Assembly: GCA_946184695.1 (NCBI GenBank)
Contig: CAMHGK010000001.1
Span: forward strand, 1 to 55,928
Reading direction: 5' to 3'
Source of the DNA: an uncultured Bacteroidales bacterium
GTDB lineage: Bacteria > Bacteroidota > Bacteroidia > Bacteroidales > Paludibacteraceae
Length of the DNA stretch: 55,928 nucleotides
How positions within the stretch are numbered: the stretch's first letter is position 1; each line of letters starts with the position of its first letter. The position numbers and the translations under genes were made by a program. Below are positions 33,777 through 44,022 of the stretch, one piece after another. The notes under the pieces are model-generated. The model was given only the letters and a program-made list of their open reading frames with translations. It was not told the DNA's origin and did not search any database.

Positions 33777-36194
33777 ATGCATAGGGTTTTCAGACATATA
33801 TTGCTTCTCTTTTTCCTGCTTGAGGCTATGTGCCTGCTTGCAGAAGAGACCATCATTGTTGGAGATGTTATCGACTCTGAGACAGGTGCGCCCATAGAGA
33901 ACGCTAACGTCTATTACCGGGGAACCACTATCGGAACCACAACTAATGCCGAGGGTGTGTTCATGCTCCGAACTGACAACACAGCCAAAGCCACACTTAT
34001 CGTCTCAGCCGTAGGTTATAGGCAGCAGAAATATCAGATAGAACCGGGCAGCCAATCAGGTCTGCAGGTAGAACTCAAGCAAAAGACCACTGCACTGGCA
34101 GATGTTTTCATACTACCCGGAGAGAATCCAGCCCTTGAACTCATGCAACGCGTCAGAGAACACCGCTTAGAAAATGATATAAGCAATTCTGATAGCGTTA
34201 CGTCCCATTTAGGTCTTACCAAACAACTGTATCTGAGTCATCTGACTGCACGCCAGCTCCAGCGTCTGCTTTCAGACTCTACAGCAGCCGTGCTGCTCGA
34301 AGGCGACTCGCTTGCTATGGTACCCGTATATCAGACCACAAGACACTACCTTACGAGAGGAAACCATTCCGAGGCACTTGATACCGCCACAACATCATCA
34401 GCCGGAGCTACCGAAGAAGACTATCAATTACTTCTCAGCTCGCTCGACGACCGCCACCTGAACTTCTACCGCCAATCGGTATCTCTTTTTGCACATGACT
34501 TCATTTCTCCGTTATCTTCTTTAGGCAATAGTTTCTACAACTATTACCTCGTTGATAGTACTGCCAACCCCAAGCAATACATAGTACATTTTGTCCCAAA
34601 AAACTCCTATTCGCTCTGTTTTAGGGGCGAGATGAACATAGACTCAGCCTCTTATGCTCTGAGTTCCATTAAGGCATCGATACCTCGTCAGGCTGCTGTC
34701 AACTATCTAACATCGTTCTCCGTAGAGCAGCATTTTGATACCGTCCATTCGTTGGTCAACGAAGATATGAGTGCCTTATTTGAAATAACCATCAAGAGTG
34801 ACACGGCTCATCGTTTCCCGTCGGTCAGACTGATGAGACAGATAGCGGGCGAAGCAGAAACACAACAAATGAGCGAAACAGAGCGAGCACAGAGACTCGC
34901 ACGGCAGCAGCGCAATGCCGAGACTATCTCTGAGCTCGACAAGCACATCGTCTTCCGACTTGCCCGAATGCTTGCACATATCATCAATACCGGAAATATC
35001 CCCACCGGCACCGTCATTGACATTGGCAATGCCGTTGAGCTTCTCGGCGGGAGCCCTTATGAGGGGTTCCATGTCGGACTGCCGTTTACCACAAACGAGA
35101 AATTGTCCAAGCATGTCGAATTATCGGCATATCTTGGCTATGGATTCGGAGACAGGGCGTACAAAGGTAAGGGCCAGATACGCGTCAAGTTGCCTACCGA
35201 AAGACGACATATTATAGGAGCATACTATTGGGACCACTACGCCCAGACAGATTTGAGTGAGATGTACTTCCGTCTTCGTGAAAACGACGTATTCTATGCT
35301 GACCAAGACTTTGCCCACATGGTATTTGGCGGCATACGCCGCAAGGGCAACTACACTCTGCCTGCTACACGGCGACGCGAGTTCAGAATATTCACCGAGA
35401 ACGAGCTAACCGACAACGTGGAAACGCAGTTTCAGTTTGGTATGGGCAGAATGGGCTATGGAGACATAATGCAGCAGATGGAACAGTTTGGGCAGACATC
35501 TCTTTATCAAAACATACCGTCGTACCGCTTCAAGACACTCAGAGCGGAGGTGCGGGTAGGATTTCACGAAAGGAAAGTGGATATCTTCATGCGCCGGATA
35601 CACGTCAGGAGCCGATATCCTGCATTTAGGATAATGCTTGAGGGCGGGTCATATCAGACGGATGACATGGAGCGCGAACGTCTCTACGGCAAGATTTCAG
35701 CTTTAGTACAGCATACGGTACCCTTAGGTATATGCGGCCAGCTCGACTACTCAGTCATGGCAGGTATTATATTCGGCAAGGTACCATATCCCATGCTCGA
35801 ACACTTCACCGGCAACCAGAGTTACACTTACGATCCCTATCGCTTCTCGCTGATGAATCAAACACAGTATGCTGCCGACCGTTTTCTGATGGCACACTTG
35901 CACTGGAATATGCAAGGTCTGATATTCAACACCATACCTTACATTCAGCGCCTACACTTGCGCGAACTTTTGGAACTGAAGTTTGCTTGGGGCGCCTTAA
36001 GAGAAGAACATGCCCAAGTGGTGGCAATGCCTGCCACACTGCACAGCATGAGCGTGCCATACGTGGAGGCCGGTATAGGAATAGGAAATATACTGCGAGT
36101 GGCAGACGTATATGCTGTATTCAGATTGACCAACAACAAACAGAACCCTGACCCCTTCTGGGCTATTCGTGCCCGTTTTGCCTTAGGGCTGTGA
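33777..36194 (+). CDS. Carboxypeptidase-regulatory-like domain / DUF5686-type outer-membrane-associated protein
   Basis: Signal peptide, then IVGDVIDSETGAPIENANVYYRGTTIGTTTNAEGVFML (CarboxypepD_reg-like). The ~800-aa architecture is common in Bacteroidota. Confidence 0.65.
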   Translation: MHRVFRHILLLFFLLEAMCLLAEETIIVGDVIDSETGAPIENANVYYRGTTIGTTTNAEGVFMLRTDNTAKATLIVSAVGYRQQKYQIEPGSQSGLQVELKQKTTALADVFILPGENPALELMQRVREHRLENDISNSDSVTSHLGLTKQLYLSHLTARQLQRLLSDSTAAVLLEGDSLAMVPVYQTTRHYLTRGNHSEALDTATTSSAGATEEDYQLLLSSLDDRHLNFYRQSVSLFAHDFISPLSSLGNSFYNYYLVDSTANPKQYIVHFVPKNSYSLCFRGEMNIDSASYALSSIKASIPRQAAVNYLTSFSVEQHFDTVHSLVNEDMSALFEITIKSDTAHRFPSVRLMRQIAGEAETQQMSETERAQRLARQQRNAETISELDKHIVFRLARMLAHIINTGNIPTGTVIDIGNAVELLGGSPYEGFHVGLPFTTNEKLSKHVELSAYLGYGFGDRAYKGKGQIRVKLPTERRHIIGAYYWDHYAQTDLSEMYFRLRENDVFYADQDFAHMVFGGIRRKGNYTLPATRRREFRIFTENELTDNVETQFQFGMGRMGYGDIMQQMEQFGQTSLYQNIPSYRFKTLRAEVRVGFHERKVDIFMRRIHVRSRYPAFRIMLEGGSYQTDDMERERLYGKISALVQHTVPLGICGQLDYSVMAGIIFGKVPYPMLEHFTGNQSYTYDPYRFSLMNQTQYAADRFLMAHLHWNMQGLIFNTIPYIQRLHLRELLELKFAWGALREEHAQVVAMPATLHSMSVPYVEAGIGIGNILRVADVYAVFRLTNNKQNPDPFWAIRARFALGL

Positions 36195-36201
36195 TTCACG
36201 A

Positions 36202-36221
36202 TTCAGCCAATATTGGCTGAA
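36202..36221. terminator. Perfect 20-bp palindrome between convergent genes
   Basis: ttcagccaat/attggctgaa. A third arm copy, attggctgaa, lies at 36231-36240. Confidence 0.5.
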
Positions 36222-36252
36222 TACATTCCTATTGGCTGAATGCAATCGTTGC

Positions 36253-37194
36253 TTAGTGACTCTGCAACCACTCAGAAAGATACTCCTGCTCAGGTTGTCC
36301 TGGAGTAGGAACAAATGTTACTTTCGGCAACACTCCCAATGCCGCCATATCCATCAAAGAAGTATAACCTGAACGGCATACTATAGTTCGGCACCCCAAG
36401 AGGAAGGGTGCCAATTGGTTGTCGGACAAGTGGCTTACCAACACCAAATTTCCCTTACGCAGTTTGGTCGCAGGTTTTGAGGGCAGTCCGCGGACTATCA
36501 GAACAGTACTCTCCGATTGCGAATACTGTTCCACAAGGCTCTGTTCAAACAGCGACCGTTGAGGCTCGGGTCCGGACAATACGCATACCGCTTCGTAGGT
36601 ACTATCGGGTTTCGGATTCATTCCGTCAAAACGCGAGAGAGGACCTATGTACTTAACGTTTTTCGGCATTGGTATGCCATGCGACAAGTCGCCGGCAAGA
36701 CTTCCGTCTTTATTCTCGAAATCAGGCACCCAACATTCAGCATAACGATTTATTATCTTCTGATGGCACCATGCAGCAAAAGGCTCTAACCACCTGAAAC
36801 GCTTCGGCAAGCGAGGAAAGAGCTGGTGTGTCAAATACACACAACGCACCTTATCTGAATATAAGCCGAAACGATTGTCAGAAATAACAAGATCGAACTG
36901 CTCATGCCTGAGCAGTTCGCTTAAGAAATAGTGGTCTTTTAATGAAAAACCGATAATCGACGGTATAGCCTTCAGCATAGCCCACACCTGACTCCTACCC
37001 TGCGAATAACGTATATCAAGCGATGGCAGGCTTACGGTGGGCAAAGTCGGGAATGTCTTTCTGAGCAACGCAAAAGAGTCGCCATCACCAGCCAACACAA
37101 CATCGTCACCACTGGCGAGATACTTCTTTATCAAAGCCATGCTGCGAGTAGCATGACCAAGTCCCCAGTTGAGCGGAGCGACGAGAATACGCAT
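36253..37194 (-). CDS. GT-B fold glycosyltransferase (MurG/GT28-like)
   Basis: MRILVAPLNWGLGHATRSMAL N-terminus. The C-terminal half has an SGYTSLMD-type nucleotide-sugar-binding pattern. Confidence 0.7.
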   Translation of the reverse strand: MRILVAPLNWGLGHATRSMALIKKYLASGDDVVLAGDGDSFALLRKTFPTLPTVSLPSLDIRYSQGRSQVWAMLKAIPSIIGFSLKDHYFLSELLRHEQFDLVISDNRFGLYSDKVRCVYLTHQLFPRLPKRFRWLEPFAAWCHQKIINRYAECWVPDFENKDGSLAGDLSHGIPMPKNVKYIGPLSRFDGMNPKPDSTYEAVCVLSGPEPQRSLFEQSLVEQYSQSESTVLIVRGLPSKPATKLRKGNLVLVSHLSDNQLAPFLLGCRTIVCRSGYTSLMDMAALGVLPKVTFVPTPGQPEQEYLSEWLQSH

Positions 37195-37239
37195 TTGTCA
37201 GTTAGTTTATCAGCTTTGTAAGAGACGGCTGCAGGTTCT

Positions 37240-39615
37240 TTATTTAGCTTGCAGAAATTTGTGCATGGCTGCTGCAGCCCGACGGCCGTCAGCCATAGCA
37301 AGAATCACCGTAGCGCCCCCGCGAACTATATCGCCGCCTGCATAGAGCACTGGAATAGATGTCTGCAAGTCGTCGTTTACCTCAATGGTGCCGCGCTTGC
37401 TCACCGATAGTCCGTTAACGGTATTGGGGATGATGGGATTGGGACTCACACCCACTGCAACTATCACAAGGTCCACATCGCGGCTTATTGTCTTTCCTTC
37501 TACAGGAACAGGTGAACGGCGTCCACTCTCGTCGGGTTCGCCGAGTTCCATAACCTGCAGTTCCATACGACAAACTCTGCCTTTTTCGTCAGCTTCATAG
37601 CGAATGGGATTATGCAGAGTCATGAACTCCACCCCCTCTTCTTTGGCATGCTTGACCTCTTCTATTCTCGCAGGCATCTCTGCTTCAGAGCGCCGATAGA
37701 CTATGGTTGCCGTTTCAGCACCGAGGCGTTTGGCGGTACGCACAGCGTCCATGGCAGTGTTGCCACCACCTATTACTGCCACATGTTTCCCACGCAGCAC
37801 AGGAGTATCGAATGTAGCCGAGTCAGCCTGCATAAGGTTGACACGGGTCAGGTACTCATTGCTTGACATTACTCCTATCAGGTTCTCGCCCTCTATTCCC
37901 ATAAAACGCGGCAGACCTGCGCCCGTTGCCACGAATACCGCCGAGTAGGCTTCAGAACCGTCTTTCGGGGCAAGCAAGTCGTCGATAGTCAAAGTCTTGC
38001 CTATTACAGTGTCGGCAACGAAAGTAACGCCCAGATGGCGAAGACTCGCTATTTCAGCATCAACTATGGCATTGGGCAGACGATACTCAGGAATACCGTA
38101 TTTCAGGACTCCGCCTATCTCATGCAATGCTTCAAAGACGGTGACGCTATATCCATAGCGGACCATGTCGCCTGCGAAGGTAAGCCCTGCCGGACCGGAG
38201 CCGATTACTGCAACTTTGCGTTTTGCTCCCGGTTCAGATGTTATAGTCGCCGTTTCCGAGGGAGTCTCTTTCAGTGCTGCGTCCGCTGCAAAACGTTCGA
38301 GATAGCCTATAGCCACAGGTTTAGAGTTCATCTTATGATGGATGCACTGGGCCTCACATTGCTTTTCCTGCGGACATACCCTACCACACACAGCAGGCAG
38401 CGAACTGCTGCGCTTGATGACCTCAGCGGCCTTCAGAGGTTGCCCTGCTTCGATGAGTTTTACAAAGTCAGGGATACTGATATTAACCGGGCAGCCGTTA
38501 ACGCAAGTGGGGTTGGCACAGTCTAAGCAACGTTGTGCCTCCCGCTGAGCCATTTGGCTTGTCAGTCCGCGGTTGACCTCTTCATGGAGTTTGGTAGCTC
38601 TGTACTGAGGGTCTAATTCCGGCATCTTGACGCGCTCAATCTGAACTCTGTCTTTTGCTTTCATGCTGCGGCGAAGTTGCTCCCTCCAAGCGGCAGAACG
38701 CGAGGTGTCGGAGAAGTCCACGTCACAGGACAATTGACAATCAGGCTGCTGACTTGTCGGCTCTGAGAGCGTTTTTTCTACAATGCCCTTCTGTCCTTCG
38801 GTCTGATACTTCTCATAAGCCTCTATTTCTTCCTGACGGTAGCTTCCGGCGCGGCGCAACATCTCATCGAAATCGACTTTATGAGCATCAAACTCGGGTC
38901 CGTCAACACATACGAAACGCGTTTTTCCATCAACAGTCACGCGGCAAGCTCCGCACATGCCGGTACCGTCCACCATGATGGTGTTGAGTGAGGCTTCAGT
39001 AGGAATTTCGTATTTCTTGGTTAGCAACGCTACAAACTTCATCATGATAGCGGGTCCGATGGTGATACAGCGATCCACTTTCTCTTGCTCGATTACCATC
39101 TCCACTCCGTTGGTTACGAGTCCTTTGGTACCATAGGAGCCATCGTCGGTCATCAGTACGAGTTCGTCGCTGACTTCGCGGAGTTGTTCTTCGAGAATGA
39201 TAAGTTGCTTTGTGCGCGCTGCCAACACTACTATCACCTTGTTACCTGCCTCGCGCATAGCGCGTGCTATAGGTAGCATTGGAGCGGCACCTACACCTCC
39301 GCAAGCACATACCACCGTACCGAACTTCTCTATTTTGGTCGCCTTGCCTAACGGTCCAACAATATCGGCGATAGTATCACCTTCACTCAGAGCACAAAGT
39401 TTAGCACTGCTCACACCCACTCGCTGCACCACGAGAGTGATACTGCCTTTTTCGACATCAGAATTGGCTATCGTCAATGGGATACGTTCACCATGAGCAT
39501 CCACGCGGACAATAACAAAATGCCCTGCTTTACGCGAGCGCGCTATCAGCGGTGCTTCGACTTCTATTTCAAATACGTTTTCAGAAAACTGCTTTTTTTT
39601 GATTATTCTATTCAT
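37240..39615 (-). CDS. Fused PyrK/NfnA-like FAD/[2Fe-2S] subunit plus GltD/NfnB-like NADPH oxidoreductase (791 aa)
   Basis: N-terminal half: ferredoxin-NADP-reductase-like fold with CGACRV...C cluster motif. C-terminal half: CxxCxxxxC...C Fe-S motifs, VAVIGSGPAGL and VAVIGGGNTAMD dinucleotide folds as in the glutamate synthase small chain. Confidence 0.85.
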   Translation of the reverse strand: MNRIIKKKQFSENVFEIEVEAPLIARSRKAGHFVIVRVDAHGERIPLTIANSDVEKGSITLVVQRVGVSSAKLCALSEGDTIADIVGPLGKATKIEKFGTVVCACGGVGAAPMLPIARAMREAGNKVIVVLAARTKQLIILEEQLREVSDELVLMTDDGSYGTKGLVTNGVEMVIEQEKVDRCITIGPAIMMKFVALLTKKYEIPTEASLNTIMVDGTGMCGACRVTVDGKTRFVCVDGPEFDAHKVDFDEMLRRAGSYRQEEIEAYEKYQTEGQKGIVEKTLSEPTSQQPDCQLSCDVDFSDTSRSAAWREQLRRSMKAKDRVQIERVKMPELDPQYRATKLHEEVNRGLTSQMAQREAQRCLDCANPTCVNGCPVNISIPDFVKLIEAGQPLKAAEVIKRSSSLPAVCGRVCPQEKQCEAQCIHHKMNSKPVAIGYLERFAADAALKETPSETATITSEPGAKRKVAVIGSGPAGLTFAGDMVRYGYSVTVFEALHEIGGVLKYGIPEYRLPNAIVDAEIASLRHLGVTFVADTVIGKTLTIDDLLAPKDGSEAYSAVFVATGAGLPRFMGIEGENLIGVMSSNEYLTRVNLMQADSATFDTPVLRGKHVAVIGGGNTAMDAVRTAKRLGAETATIVYRRSEAEMPARIEEVKHAKEEGVEFMTLHNPIRYEADEKGRVCRMELQVMELGEPDESGRRSPVPVEGKTISRDVDLVIVAVGVSPNPIIPNTVNGLSVSKRGTIEVNDDLQTSIPVLYAGGDIVRGGATVILAMADGRRAAAAMHKFLQAK

Positions 39616-39652
39616 TTCGGTAGTTATCGTTAGGAGTTAGGTGATATTTCGG

Positions 39653-42600
39653 TTATAGTCTGACATGACTTTTGAGTGTCTGGTCGATCATCTTTTTGAG
39701 TGTGAGATTCTGCGTTTCTATGTCGCGACGGAAGATCGGGCGGAAGTCTTGAGCATACTTGCACTTGGCAAGCTTGATGTTCAAATCGTCGAAAGTGCCC
39801 TTCACATCAACGCCGAGGTACAGAGGTTTGAGCAGCGAGATATGATAGTTGAACGACATATCGAGGTTATGTCTGCCGCCCACAGCCGCCATGTACTTAT
39901 CCATAGTCAGGCAGAATGGATAGATATCTATTTCGTTCTTAAACAGCGTTGCCTGAACAGAAATAGAGTCTATCTTGTTCTCGGTTTTGCGATTGAACAT
40001 CAGCAGCTTTGCTATCCGTCCAAATGTTTCCGAGTCGAGCAAAACGAGGTCCTTGCCTGAGATGGAGCATGCTCCGCGAGTGGTAGAAGTCTTGAGCTGG
40101 TACTTGTCGTTGACGTAAGTCTCAGCAGCAAGGTGGAACTCGCCTGCTCCCTTGAAAGAACGAAGCATAGGCATCATGGTGTCGATTTGAGGAATCATAT
40201 TGACGAGTTCCTGCATGTCGATGTCCACCATGTGATAGTCGAGTCCGACATAGATATGGTTGCGCCGAGGAGTTTTGTATATGGCAGTCAGTTGCAACTT
40301 GGCAGCATTGCAGATAAAACCCATTTCCTCGAGTACCAGCACACCGTTTTTGACGTAGAGAGAACCGCCTAATTCGCGTGCCACTTGGTCAAATATAAGT
40401 GCCTCGGTGACAGAAGTATTGAGTTTCAGGTCAACATTCTTAGGAACGAGATAGGCTTTTTTCTCGTCTTTGGCAGCAGAATCGGCAGGTTCGGAAACTT
40501 CCTCTGCTGTCTCTTCGCTGCCCTCTGAGGCTGAGGTAAGAGCCATCAGTTCATTTACATCGGTATGTGCGCTGGTGAAATCGAGTTCGCCTTCGAGATT
40601 GGCCTTTTGTTCTAACCATTCGCCTATATTACGTACTTTTCCTTTTAACTGGAAGTCGGAATTGCCTACAATGATGCGACTATCAGCGATATCGAAGAGG
40701 CGGTTGGAATAGTCGAAACTGATATGCGGAATCTCTATTTTCTCGTTAATAGATGCCAATTTGACATCTGCCTCGCTGAGCTTGACGCTCAGATCGGGAT
40801 TCCACTGCAGCAGTAGGTTTTCTTTTGTTTTGTCGCGCGTTGACTTAGCCTGAAGGCTGAGGTTACCGGTTTTAACGTGTGTCTCGGCATCAACTGCGGC
40901 GTCCACTCCTTCGGTGCTGAGTGTGAGGTTGATATCAGGTTGGTTATTACCCACTCCCTTGAGTTTGGCGGAGAGGTTAGAAGCTAATAGTTGTGCGCTT
41001 ATCTCACCATAGTTAGCTTTCAGATTCTTGAACGACATCTTGACATCAGCTTTTGGTATAGCAGCCGTATCCTTGGTATTGTATTCAGCATAGGCTATCA
41101 GCTTGGGTGTATCTATTTTGGCAGCTATAGTGTCCATCGTGAAATCCAAACCGGAACCCGTCAGAGAAGCGTTAGCATAGATGATGTCTTTCTTTGCAAG
41201 CAGGTCTGACAATTCTGCTTCAAAGGTAGCATTGGTAAGCGCTGCGACTATCTGATCTGACATGTTCAGGTCCAAACGCGATGGTGTAAACTTCAGCTTC
41301 GCCCATGCCACCGACTTGCTTGTCGGGGCAGGATTCGGAATGGTAAGCTGAAGCTTGGAGGCGGGCAGCTTGACTAACATGCTGTCGTAGTTGACATCGA
41401 GATCTGTCAGGTTGAGGTTAGCCGAGATGCGCGTCTTGCTGAGCTTCAGGCCGGTCAGGTCGGAGAGGCGTGCCCTGGCGGCAAGCTGACCTTTGGCTCT
41501 GCCTCGCATATCGTTTGTCTGCCCATCAGAGGCGATATACCTATTGAAATCGTGCAGATTGACATTAATGTCGGCATTAGCCTCAATAAGCGGGTCTTCA
41601 AGAAGGCGGCTGATAGTACCTTTTGCCTTTACGGCAGTCTGCTCGACACTCGCTTCTAAGGTATTGATGACAGCCTTAGAATTAGCCTTTTCATTGAGGT
41701 CGAGGTGTGCATCGGCATCAAGATTTATGTTCTTCAGCTTGTATGGGAACACTTCCATATATGCCGCCTCAGCATCTGCAAGTTGAAGCCTGGCATCAAT
41801 AAGCGGCATAAGCGAGTCACTATAAATGCCTTCGGCATGAGCATTGAGAGTCAGTACTGCCTGATTTATATCTATCCCTTCGAGTTTGCTTGTAATAGTG
41901 GCAGGTAAGAGTTTCAAAGCTTCTACCACATCCCATTTGTCGGCACTGACGTCGCCGATGATCTTTATGTTGTCGGCGATGGTGGCATCAGCATTGAGAG
42001 AAAGCAGGAAATCGGCGAGTTTGACGGATGCCTTAGGCAATACGAAACGCATACTATCAAGATTGACGGAAGTATGCTTAGAGACTATCTGCACGGGCAG
42101 TTTTGAAGCATAGCCGGTGGAACCGACAGCGGCACTGAGTGCATCGGTCATAAGCGACAGATCAATGTCGTCCATACCCCGAGCAGACGCCAATAGACGA
42201 GACGACTCCATCCGTGCACTTATGCTATCTTCGGCGGAGACAAAAGTCAGACAACGGGCATCTAACTCCAAATGCTCGACCGACAAATAGTCGAAGGGCA
42301 GCGAGAAAGCTGTAGTATCTTCCACCGTATCCTGAGGAAGATTGAGGAAATCGAGATTGGTGACTCCGCCAAAACCTAAATAGATATTGGCAACAGCGTC
42401 CTTGATAGACAACTCATACACCTCTAAGGTATTTTGCTTGAGATATTTCGGAACATTGAGCTTCGCCACAACGGCATCGGTTGCCAGTACAGTGTCTGAC
42501 TGAGCACCCTGCTTCGGATTAAGGATTAGCAGTTTATTGACTTTCAGTCCCACTTCAGGAAATGTAGAAAAAAACGTAAGTTCCACATCGCCTATCTCAT

Positions 42601-42754
42601 GAGGTGAGGTGACATACCTGTCTGCCAAAGTATTCACAATGGGTGTAAGGCGCTTGGGAGTGAACACTACATAAACCGCTATGGCTGCCACTATCAGCAC
42701 CACTGCAAGCACTGATGCCACAGTGATACCTAATATCTTGAAAAACCGCTTCAT
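39653..42754 (-). CDS. AsmA/TamB-like large envelope protein
   Basis: A single N-terminal TM anchor (ILGITVASVLAVVLIVAAIAVYVV), a ~1000-aa beta-rich body, and a conserved AsmA-like C-terminal region. Confidence 0.7.
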   Translation of the reverse strand: MKRFFKILGITVASVLAVVLIVAAIAVYVVFTPKRLTPIVNTLADRYVTSPHEIGDVELTFFSTFPEVGLKVNKLLILNPKQGAQSDTVLATDAVVAKLNVPKYLKQNTLEVYELSIKDAVANIYLGFGGVTNLDFLNLPQDTVEDTTAFSLPFDYLSVEHLELDARCLTFVSAEDSISARMESSRLLASARGMDDIDLSLMTDALSAAVGSTGYASKLPVQIVSKHTSVNLDSMRFVLPKASVKLADFLLSLNADATIADNIKIIGDVSADKWDVVEALKLLPATITSKLEGIDINQAVLTLNAHAEGIYSDSLMPLIDARLQLADAEAAYMEVFPYKLKNINLDADAHLDLNEKANSKAVINTLEASVEQTAVKAKGTISRLLEDPLIEANADINVNLHDFNRYIASDGQTNDMRGRAKGQLAARARLSDLTGLKLSKTRISANLNLTDLDVNYDSMLVKLPASKLQLTIPNPAPTSKSVAWAKLKFTPSRLDLNMSDQIVAALTNATFEAELSDLLAKKDIIYANASLTGSGLDFTMDTIAAKIDTPKLIAYAEYNTKDTAAIPKADVKMSFKNLKANYGEISAQLLASNLSAKLKGVGNNQPDINLTLSTEGVDAAVDAETHVKTGNLSLQAKSTRDKTKENLLLQWNPDLSVKLSEADVKLASINEKIEIPHISFDYSNRLFDIADSRIIVGNSDFQLKGKVRNIGEWLEQKANLEGELDFTSAHTDVNELMALTSASEGSEETAEEVSEPADSAAKDEKKAYLVPKNVDLKLNTSVTEALIFDQVARELGGSLYVKNGVLVLEEMGFICNAAKLQLTAIYKTPRRNHIYVGLDYHMVDIDMQELVNMIPQIDTMMPMLRSFKGAGEFHLAAETYVNDKYQLKTSTTRGACSISGKDLVLLDSETFGRIAKLLMFNRKTENKIDSISVQATLFKNEIDIYPFCLTMDKYMAAVGGRHNLDMSFNYHISLLKPLYLGVDVKGTFDDLNIKLAKCKYAQDFRPIFRRDIETQNLTLKKMIDQTLKSHVRL

Positions 42755-42765
42755 ATAGATAAAAA

Positions 42766-43266
42766 TTATTCTAACACTTTGGTAAAGGTATGAGACTTAC
42801 CAAAGTCATCTTTATAAACGAATTTGGAGCTTGTAAGAGTGACGATAGTATAAACCTTAGGAATGGTGGACCAGCCTTCGCTCATAAAATGATAAAATTC
42901 TATTTCCTTACCATTGATTTTCCAGACAAACCAGCCGTTGCCGTGCAGTTCTTCGGTGAGCAGAAATTGCTCGTAGTCGCCCTCTGAGTAGTCCCAGTCG
43001 GTATGGTCTCCCATATCCCACATGTAGCCATAGCGTTTCTGCGTTTCCGTATCTTTTTGCGAAAGGAAGACGCAGTACTGATAGTTGCCATCAGGGGCAA
43101 TTGTAGATTCCGATGGCGCCTGCCATCTGCCCACAAGGTCTGACTCACTATAGCCCTCGTCTTCACCGCCGCCTCCGAAGAAAGAGCAACCGGCAAAAAC
43201 CATAGCCACAACAGAAATAAATATGAAAACGGCAACCGATGATTTGAACTTATTAGACATTGTCAT
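42766..43266 (-). CDS. Hypothetical lipoprotein
   Basis: Lipobox VFAGC. Small Trp/Tyr-rich beta-type domain. Confidence 0.6.
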   Translation of the reverse strand: MTMSNKFKSSVAVFIFISVVAMVFAGCSFFGGGGEDEGYSESDLVGRWQAPSESTIAPDGNYQYCVFLSQKDTETQKRYGYMWDMGDHTDWDYSEGDYEQFLLTEELHGNGWFVWKINGKEIEFYHFMSEGWSTIPKVYTIVTLTSSKFVYKDDFGKSHTFTKVLE

Positions 43267-43329
43267 AGTATGAATTTATTTATTAGTTTCTTCTAAAGCT
43301 ACAATAAGATTGCAAAATTACGAAATACT

Positions 43330-43360
43330 TTTGATTAAGCAAATTTTTTTAGTAACTTTG
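43330..43360 (+). promoter_or_regulatory. Promoter for apt (TTTG-N19-TAACTTTG)
   Basis: TTTG at 43330-43333 and TAACTTTG at 43353-43360, 84 nt upstream of the ATG. Confidence 0.6.
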
Positions 43361-43443
43361 CACCGCGCTTGAGTAAGAAGCGCCACTACATAACATCTGC
43401 CAACCGGCAATATTATTTTGACTTTCGCTAAATCCACAATACA

Positions 43444-43977
43444 ATGTACAAAGAATTTATCAAATCCATCAAAGACTTCCCATCAGCAGGAATTAACTTC
43501 TTAGACATCAGCCCTATGCTGCTTGACGCCGACACGTTCCACTCTATATGTGACGACATAACGAATCTTGCAGAGCAATATAATCCGCAAGTTATTGTCG
43601 GTCCGGAGTCACGAGGTTTCATCTTCGGAGTTTCTGTGGCATATAAGCTGCATGCAGGCTTTCACATGTTGCGAAAAAAAGGCAAACTGCCTGATGACGG
43701 TACACAAATATGTTTCTCTGCCGACAAGGAATATGGCAGTTCGGAGTTTGTAGTCAACAAAAGCGATCTTCAGAGCCTGCTTAACAAGGGTCTCAAAGAC
43801 ATAGTGATAATCGACGATGTGTTGGCAACAGGCGAGACCACTTTGGAAATAGCCAAATTCTATCAGAGTCAGGGATTCAACGTAAAAGCCATAATAACTG
43901 CAATCGACATCAACATAGGCGGAGCGGAGCTTCTAAGAAATGACAGCTTCGACGTACACTCAGTAATCAGTTACTAA
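43444..43977 (+). CDS. apt: Adenine phosphoribosyltransferase
   Basis: FPSAGINFLDISPML, GPESRGFIFG, and PRPP motif VIIDDVLATGET. Confidence 0.92.
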   Translation: MYKEFIKSIKDFPSAGINFLDISPMLLDADTFHSICDDITNLAEQYNPQVIVGPESRGFIFGVSVAYKLHAGFHMLRKKGKLPDDGTQICFSADKEYGSSEFVVNKSDLQSLLNKGLKDIVIIDDVLATGETTLEIAKFYQSQGFNVKAIITAIDINIGGAELLRNDSFDVHSVISY

Positions 43978-44022
43978 TCAAGCAAATCTATCAATCAAGC
44001 CACTCTATTAAATTTGTATCAC

